NCBI GenBank assembly: GCA_043228905.1
Contig: JBHGNT010000002.1
Location: 16,430,001 to 16,494,000, forward strand
Source of the DNA: Azolla caroliniana
Taxonomy: Eukaryota > Plantae > Polypodiophyta
Direction of reading: 5' to 3'
Length of the DNA stretch: 64,000 nucleotides
The notes under the pieces were generated by a model. That model saw only the letters and a program-made list of their open reading frames with translations, was not told the DNA's origin and did no database searches. The position numbers and the translations under genes are program-made. Each line of letters opens with the position of its first letter. Within the stretch, counting starts at the first letter, position 1. This document shows, piece by piece, positions 58,151 to 64,000 of this stretch.

Positions 58151-61100
58151 GATTATATGAAAAGTGATAGGTGGGTCATTCTATTTGTAGATAATGGATG
58201 GAGAATCTATTATTGAAGTGTTTGAACATGAGAGGGATGATGAAGATAAACCTTTGGGCATTGTAGGTGTGAGAGGAACTCTTACATATGCAAAGATCCG
58301 AGTCGAAATAATTGAGGACGATATATTTTATGAACCATTTTCCTTTGTGTACACAAAAAATAATATTTTGAATGGGAAACAAGAAGAGAAAAAATAATGT
58401 TACGGCTTCATATGAGTCTATCCATGAAACTAAACATAAGGTTAATTTGTTAGTAATTTCATTATTGATATGCATTTTGGATTGTTCCACGTCTGCTCTT
58501 TGAGATATATATATCAAGTTCAAGATTGTTTTATTGTAAATTACATTTTTTCTTATCACGCTATATTCTTCATATGTCTCAATAAACTAAAGAAAAAACT
58601 TATATGTGGCTTATATATATTATACCTCTAGTGTTTTGGGTAATGTTTCCTAATCGTGTGTGCATTCTTTGTACTTTACACATTGTGTTTTCAATCTATG
58701 TAGCACTTGATGAAGCATTTCTAGGAATTGCATATGATATTTAATGTTCATTCATAATTTTGCGAGTCATCAATTGTAAAGGTGGTCATTGATCCCTTCT
58801 AGGATTGGAAACTATGTGTGCATGTATATTTTATATGTAAGGGTATTTAAAATGGGTGGTTATCAAAAAATATATTGGTAGTAAGGGGTATTTTTATTAA
58901 TCTTTTTTCTACAAAAGGGTCACTAAAATAGTAAAAACCATACGTATAAGGGGTTTATAAATGATGTCATGAACGCACGTGATACAACCCTCTTATATAT
59001 AGTGGAGTCCCTGGGGTCGTCTCCTGTTTCGATAACTCTCGGTTGTTCCGGTTTCTCCAAAAAGGAGAACCACTCTTTGTGGCTCGTCATGTGATTTGAC
59101 GCACCAGAATCAACATACCACACTTCCTCCGATTTGGAAGTGGTCTTCTTCATCGAGTTTGCCTCGTGCTTCATCATCAAGGTTTGCCCTTTACCGATCT
59201 TCCCGGTTCCAGATCCTCTCGATCCTTGTGCGTAGTGCGAGCTTTGTCGGTTCTCCCGACCGGTTTTGCCGGATCCAGATCAGTACGAATCGGCGCGCTT
59301 CTTCCAGCACTCGCTTTCTCTGTGGCCCTTTTTGTCACAATACTAGCATTTCGTGGCGGATTTGTCTTGCTGGCCTCTGGCGCCACCTTGACTCCCCCTG
59401 CTTGTGGAAGTCCCGGAATTGATGTCGGTCTTGCCCTTGCCGACCGCCTCCATTGCGTGCCGACCCGCCTCGTCCACCATGCCCACGGGGCCGATCCGCC
59501 TCCATGTACAACATCTGGCTGTCGGTGGGTGCACTTGTTGACGCACCGACGTGGTTCTCCTCTACAAGGAGGATCGACTGTAAGTCGAAAAATGACGGCG
59601 TATTCTCCCTCGTACATACTGCTGCCTGGAAAGCTCAGAACTTAGATGCCAGACCCCCAAGACAGACCTGTACCATCTCGTCTTCCTCTACAATGACATT
59701 GATAGAGGCAAGTGAGTCACCGATCTCTTTGATTTGGGTCGTGTAATCAGCCACCGACATGTCCTTCTGTCAGACATTGCTCAACTCTTGTCGGAGTTGC
59801 AACTTCTGGGTTGTGGTGGTTGCGGCGAACACCTTCTTCAGGTTTCCCCAAGCCTCTTTCGGCGTCTCGGCATCTCGGACGTGGCTCAACAGCTGGTCTC
59901 CGACACTGGACACAATGCAGTACATCACTCTGCTTGCTGATTGTTCCCACACCGAGTAGTCCTTGTGTGCCGCATTAGGTGTTGTGTCGTTAGCTCCGTC
60001 AACATAGCTCTAGTAACCATGCCCAAGCAGGTGCTGGTGCATCTTGTATGACCAAGATGCGTAGTTGGTTTTGTCGAGCTTCTCCACCGGGAGCGAGCTA
60101 GCCATTCCTCTATCCATTTTCCTTTTCCTGTTCTTTACGAAAGTTTTCCTTTCAAACTATGTTGGCTGCAGAGGTTCTCAACCCTCGCGCTCTGATACCA
60201 TGTAAAAAAAAAAAGCGTGCGGAAGCAATGAAGAACAGAAAACAGAAAACAGAGAATGGGTTTAATGGAGAGCTTAACAGTACGTTGGAGAGACAGAGAG
60301 AAAAACTCTATTAAAAAATTATATCAACGCTCTGTACATCGTATGTGTTCAACGAACACTTTTATACAATTCCATACGGATTGATAGAAGTACGGTGTAC
60401 TTCAATGCTCACTCGAGCGTCTGACACTAACTACGAGAGTAATAACTCCCTAGTAGTCTAGCTGCTACTAGGCGTCTGGTTACTGATGGATTCGGCTAAC
60501 CGGCTCCCTAGCTCACCGACTCTTTTGCTCACCGGGTGCTCACCGGCTCACCGATCCTTCTCGGTCACCGACTCAGGCTTATTCAGCCGATCCGGCTCCA
60601 ATTGAGCTTGCCACTCAACAAGTTCAAACTATTAGGGATAGTACTAAAGACAGAGAATTAGTACTAAAGATAGAGAGGAATAATTAGGGTTACTATTAAG
60701 AAAGGGAAAAGTGTGTGGAGACTCACGAGAGAAGGAGAGAGAGAGAGAGAGAGAGAGAATGATGATAACAAGTGGTATATTATATGAAGAGAAGATACAA
60801 AAGTGGCTACGAGGCTTAAGATTAGCGTTAAACTGAATTGGTTCTGAATAATGCCATATGCCTCTATTTATAATACTCTCAGGAGTACTCCTGAAGTTTC
60901 TAAAATGTTCCAGAATAATCTGGAATATACATGAATTTCCTATGGTGAAATAATAAATGAAAGTAATATCTTTCATATTGCGATGCATGGTTTAATGGTA
61001 AAAGTTCAACCCATGTAACACAAGGTCATGGGTCTGAATCCTTTTGGAGCCATGCCATGTCATATCATGCAGTGGGCGTGGAGGACGAGGTGGATCAACA

Positions 61101-61719
61101 CGCAACAGTGGCAGCCGACAAGAGCGGAATCGGAGGCACAGAGATAGTGTCAATAGAAGTTCTAGACCCTCCACGAGTAGGGGGAGTCAAGGCGGCACTG
61201 GAAACTGGAAATCGAAAGCCGATACAGAATGTTGGTATTGTGGCAAGAAAGGCCACCGGGAGAGAGAGTGCTAGAAGAAGCGCGTCGATTCAAATAAATC
61301 CGGATCTAGCAAGGCCAGACAAGGAAATCGGCAAATCTCGCACTATGCAGAAGGATCAGAAGGATCTGGAACCGGAAAAACCAGAAAAGGGCTAGCCTTC
61401 GTGATGAAGCACAAGTTGAACTCGATGAAGAAGACCACTTCCAAATCGGAGGAAGTGTGGTACGTTGACTCCGGAACAATTGGAGCAACTAGGAGTTGTC
61501 GAAACTGGAGATGACACTCCACACCCAATCGAGCATGTCAGAGAAGTCCCTTTGAGTCATGTCAGACAAAAAGGAAAGCTGATGAATGTACTACATGTTT
61601 CGACTATTATGAAGAACCTGGTTTTGGTCAGACAGATTGTTGATCAAGGGATGTAGGTATGGTTTACGCATCTCGGGTTCTTCATCGAGGACAAGGGCCA
61701 GATAATCACGCAAGGGCGT

Positions 61720-62920
61720 TGTCGTGAAGATTTTCAGCGATAGTGTGTAAATTGTGAGGAACATACAAAATCGAGTGTGGTTCTTCTCACAAGATATGAA
61801 ACAATAATATTGAAGATACTATTCTAAATAAGTTTAATATCTTGGTACGAAAAGATGGAGGTCTACGAGAGCTTTCGAATACACTTTACTACATAAGAAA
61901 CAGACAACTAAGTGTCAAGTTATGTGGGTATGAAGACTGCAAAGAAGAGGTGAAAAGCAAAACTGTGAGATATTCCACATAGATAGGACAAATAAGGATC
62001 CCAGAGTATATAAGCAAACCAATATCTCTCCATAATATATCTATGTGTTTGGAGCAAAGAAAGGTTGAGTTGTATGACTTGACAAATGGATGTAGCCAAG
62101 TTCATTGGTTTTGGACGAATCCGGACAGAACCAGACTGGCGGCCGGACGAAGACGGAACCAGATGGAGATGCAGACCAGACGGAACCGGCTTGGGATGTT
62201 AGACCGGACGGAACCGGACTGGATGGCATGCAGACCAGGCCGGATCAAACGGATGGGACCGGACCAGACAGATGCAGATCGATGGACCGGACGGGTAGAT
62301 TTATCGCGACGCACGATGTCTTGAAGTTTTCCGGTGTGAAATGAACAAAATCATCTAGTTCTTTGGAGGTCAAGTGAAGGTGTAATATGCACTTAAACAT
62401 TTGTAAAAAGAAGACTAAAAAGCCTAGTAAAAGAAAATTTGTATACAAATGGGTGCAAGTAAAAATTTGAACCTTACACCTCCAAGTTGAAAGTCAATAG
62501 GCTTACCACTAAGCCAAGTCATATCTTCAAAAGTTGTACTTTGATAATTTTACATGTAAATTCTCATACATGAGAGCTTAGATGATGACATGGCAAACAT
62601 GCATTGCATGCATTTCATGCATTATGTGCATGTCTTGCACCCTCACATGCACCATATGCATGGGGGCATCTATAAAAGAGTGGAGGAATCAAGCAAGAGA
62701 AAACTAATGAAAAATTTGGGAAAAATAAGAAACTTGTTATCTTATTGTTGATGTATCTTGTCTCTCAAATCTAAAGTTAAGCTTTAATCTTTATCTCAAT
62801 CTCTCTCAATCTAGCTTAAATACTTTCTCGCTAAAGCTAGTACAAACTTCAAATCCTTCCGGTCCAGAACCCCGGCGGTTCCTCCTCACGATTCGCACAT
62901 AGTGACGGATTTTCACGACA
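61720..62920 (+). mobile_element. Gypsy solo LTR (about 1.2 kb)
   Basis: tgtcgtgaa...tttcacgaca terminal inverted ends. Flanks GCGT/ACGC are a probable decayed GCGC TSD. It interrupts copia A at QGR/..RMFIL. TATA at about 62671. Confidence 0.88.
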
Positions 62921-62947
62921 ACGCCAACTCAGGAGGATGTTCATCCT

Positions 62948-64000
62948 TGTTGAGCGGCAAGCTCAACTGGAGCCGGATCGGCTGGATAAGCCTGAGCCGG
63001 TGAGTGAGACGGATCGGTAAGCTGGTGAGCAACCGAGCCGCCAAGCAACAGAGCCGGTGAGTTGGGGACCTGGATAGCCGGATCCAATCGGTAACCGGAA
63101 GCCTAGTATTAGTTTAGACTACTAGGCAGTTATAGTCTCGTAGTAAGTGTCAGATGCTCATGTGAGCATTGAAGTACACGATACTTTTGTCAGTCCCACG
63201 AGGACTTGTATAAATAGCGCTACTGAGCATAGTTGTAATTACAGAGTGTGTATATTGTTTTGAATATAGCTTTTGCGTTCTGCTCTCTCTGTCTCTCCCG
63301 TGAACTATGTGTATTCTCTGCTTTCTCTGTTTTCTAACGCTTCCGCAAGTAATCGTTTTCATGGTATCAGAGCGCGAGGGTTGAGAACCTCTACAACTGA
63401 CAAACGCTTGAAAGCAAACCCTAACAGGTCGTAAGAACAACAAACAGAGAGAAGCGATGGATAGAGGAATGGCTAGCTCGCTCCCTGTGGAGAAACTCGA
63501 CAGATCCAACTACGCATCTTGGTCGTACAAGATGCACCAGTACCTGCTTGGGCATGGCTACTAGAGTTTCGTCGAAGGAGCCAACGAAACAACACCTGAT
63601 GCGGCACATAAGGGATTCCCAGTGTGGGAACAATCGACAAGTAGAGTGATGTACTGCTTCGCGTCCAGTGTCGGAGACCAACTGCTGAGCCACATCCGAG
63701 ATGCCAAGACACCGAAGGAGGCTTGGGGAAACCTGAAGAAGGTTTTCGCCGCGAGCACTATAGCCCAGAAGCTGCAACTCCGACAGGAGTTGAGCAATGT
63801 CCGACAGAAGGACATGTCGGTGGCGGATTACACGGCCCGGATCAAAGAGATCTGTGACTTGCTTGCCTCTATCAACGTTACTGTAGAGGAAGACGAGATG
63901 GTATAGGTCTGTCTTGGGGGCTTGGCGTCTAAGTTAAGAGTGTTCCGAATGGCGGTGTGTACAAGGGAGAATACACCGTCATTTTTCAACTTACAGTCGA
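62948..64000 (+). mobile_element. Ty1/copia element C (same family as B): 5' LTR, PBS and gag start
   Basis: LTR 62948-63361, PBS tggtatcagagc at 63362, gag ATG at 63457 (MDRGMASSLPVEKLDRSNYASWSYKMHQYLLGHGY*) with stops; runs off the window. Confidence 0.92.

Larger units (their letters stand above)
49192..59015. mobile_element. Non-autonomous TIR DNA element with 8-bp TSD and microsatellite-filled body
   Basis: TSD GTCGTCTC at 49184-49191 and 59016-59023; removing the insertion restores copia ETGDDTP. Ends read cccgggggcttcactgt and (reverse complement) cccagggactccactat, with a shared subterminal cacgtg.gttcat. Confidence 0.85.
45111..60620 (-). mobile_element. Full-length Ty1/copia element B with nested TIR element and LINE
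   Basis: 420-bp LTRs at 45111-45530 and 60201-60620, perfect 5-bp TSD AGTTC, PBS tggtatcagagc at 60189-60200, PPT at 45531. gag-PR 59016-60117 (WYVDSGASNHMT) and INT-RT-RH 46040-49191. Confidence 0.96.
39433..61071 (-). mobile_element. Decayed Ty3/gypsy chromovirus (Tcn1-like) with nested insertions
   Basis: LTRs 39433-39931 and about 60630-61071, TSD TTGGG/GTGGG, PPT gaaggaggggatag. gag (43490-43830, 44790-45052), CCHC knuckle near 43120-43165, LLDSGA protease, RT (MPFG, YLDD), RNase H, partly deleted integrase and chromodomain YYLV...Y.PSEHTWEP at about 39960-40140. Confidence 0.9.
38225..62947 (+). mobile_element. Ty1/copia element A (outermost host of the nest), decayed
   Basis: 5' LTR 38225-38712, PBS tggtattagagc at 38713, gag 38811-39432. 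It resumes at 61072 (RGRGG, CWYCGKKGHREREC, WYVDSG) to 61719 and at 62921-62947. The 3' end lies outside the window. Confidence 0.88.

Noticed and set aside
54038-58152. Many H/T/Y/I- or C/V/M-rich ORFs
   Set aside because: They are translations of CA/TACA microsatellites

Overview
This is eukaryotic land-plant nuclear DNA. The TE lineages and microsatellite load suggest a seed-free plant, probably a fern, but that is inference. There is one intact host gene, a 7-exon ACT-domain-repeat (ACR) gene at 9956..13882 (+), about 442 aa. It has an ABRE/RY-rich promoter and two unusual degenerate intronic repeat arrays. From about 17 kb to the end, the window is a deeply nested transposon cluster. It holds Ty1/copia elements with tRNA-iMet PBS and a near-intact Ty3/gypsy element with tRNA-Trp PBS and 4-bp TSD (26055..33134), plus a gag-only relative and solo LTRs. 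It also holds a decayed Tcn1-like chromovirus (39433..61071), two families of TIR DNA elements and a young L1-like LINE. Four signals stand out. (1) Antisense tRNA-like Pol III A/B-box modules with exact tRNA spacing sit in the U3 of three different gypsy LTR families. (2) A CACG-terminated TIR transposon carries a divergently oriented orphan 285-aa gene. (3) The Trp-primed gypsy family has CpG-centred target sites. (4) An intronic array is built from copies of the exon-5 splice acceptor. All coordinates were read by eye and no database searches were run.
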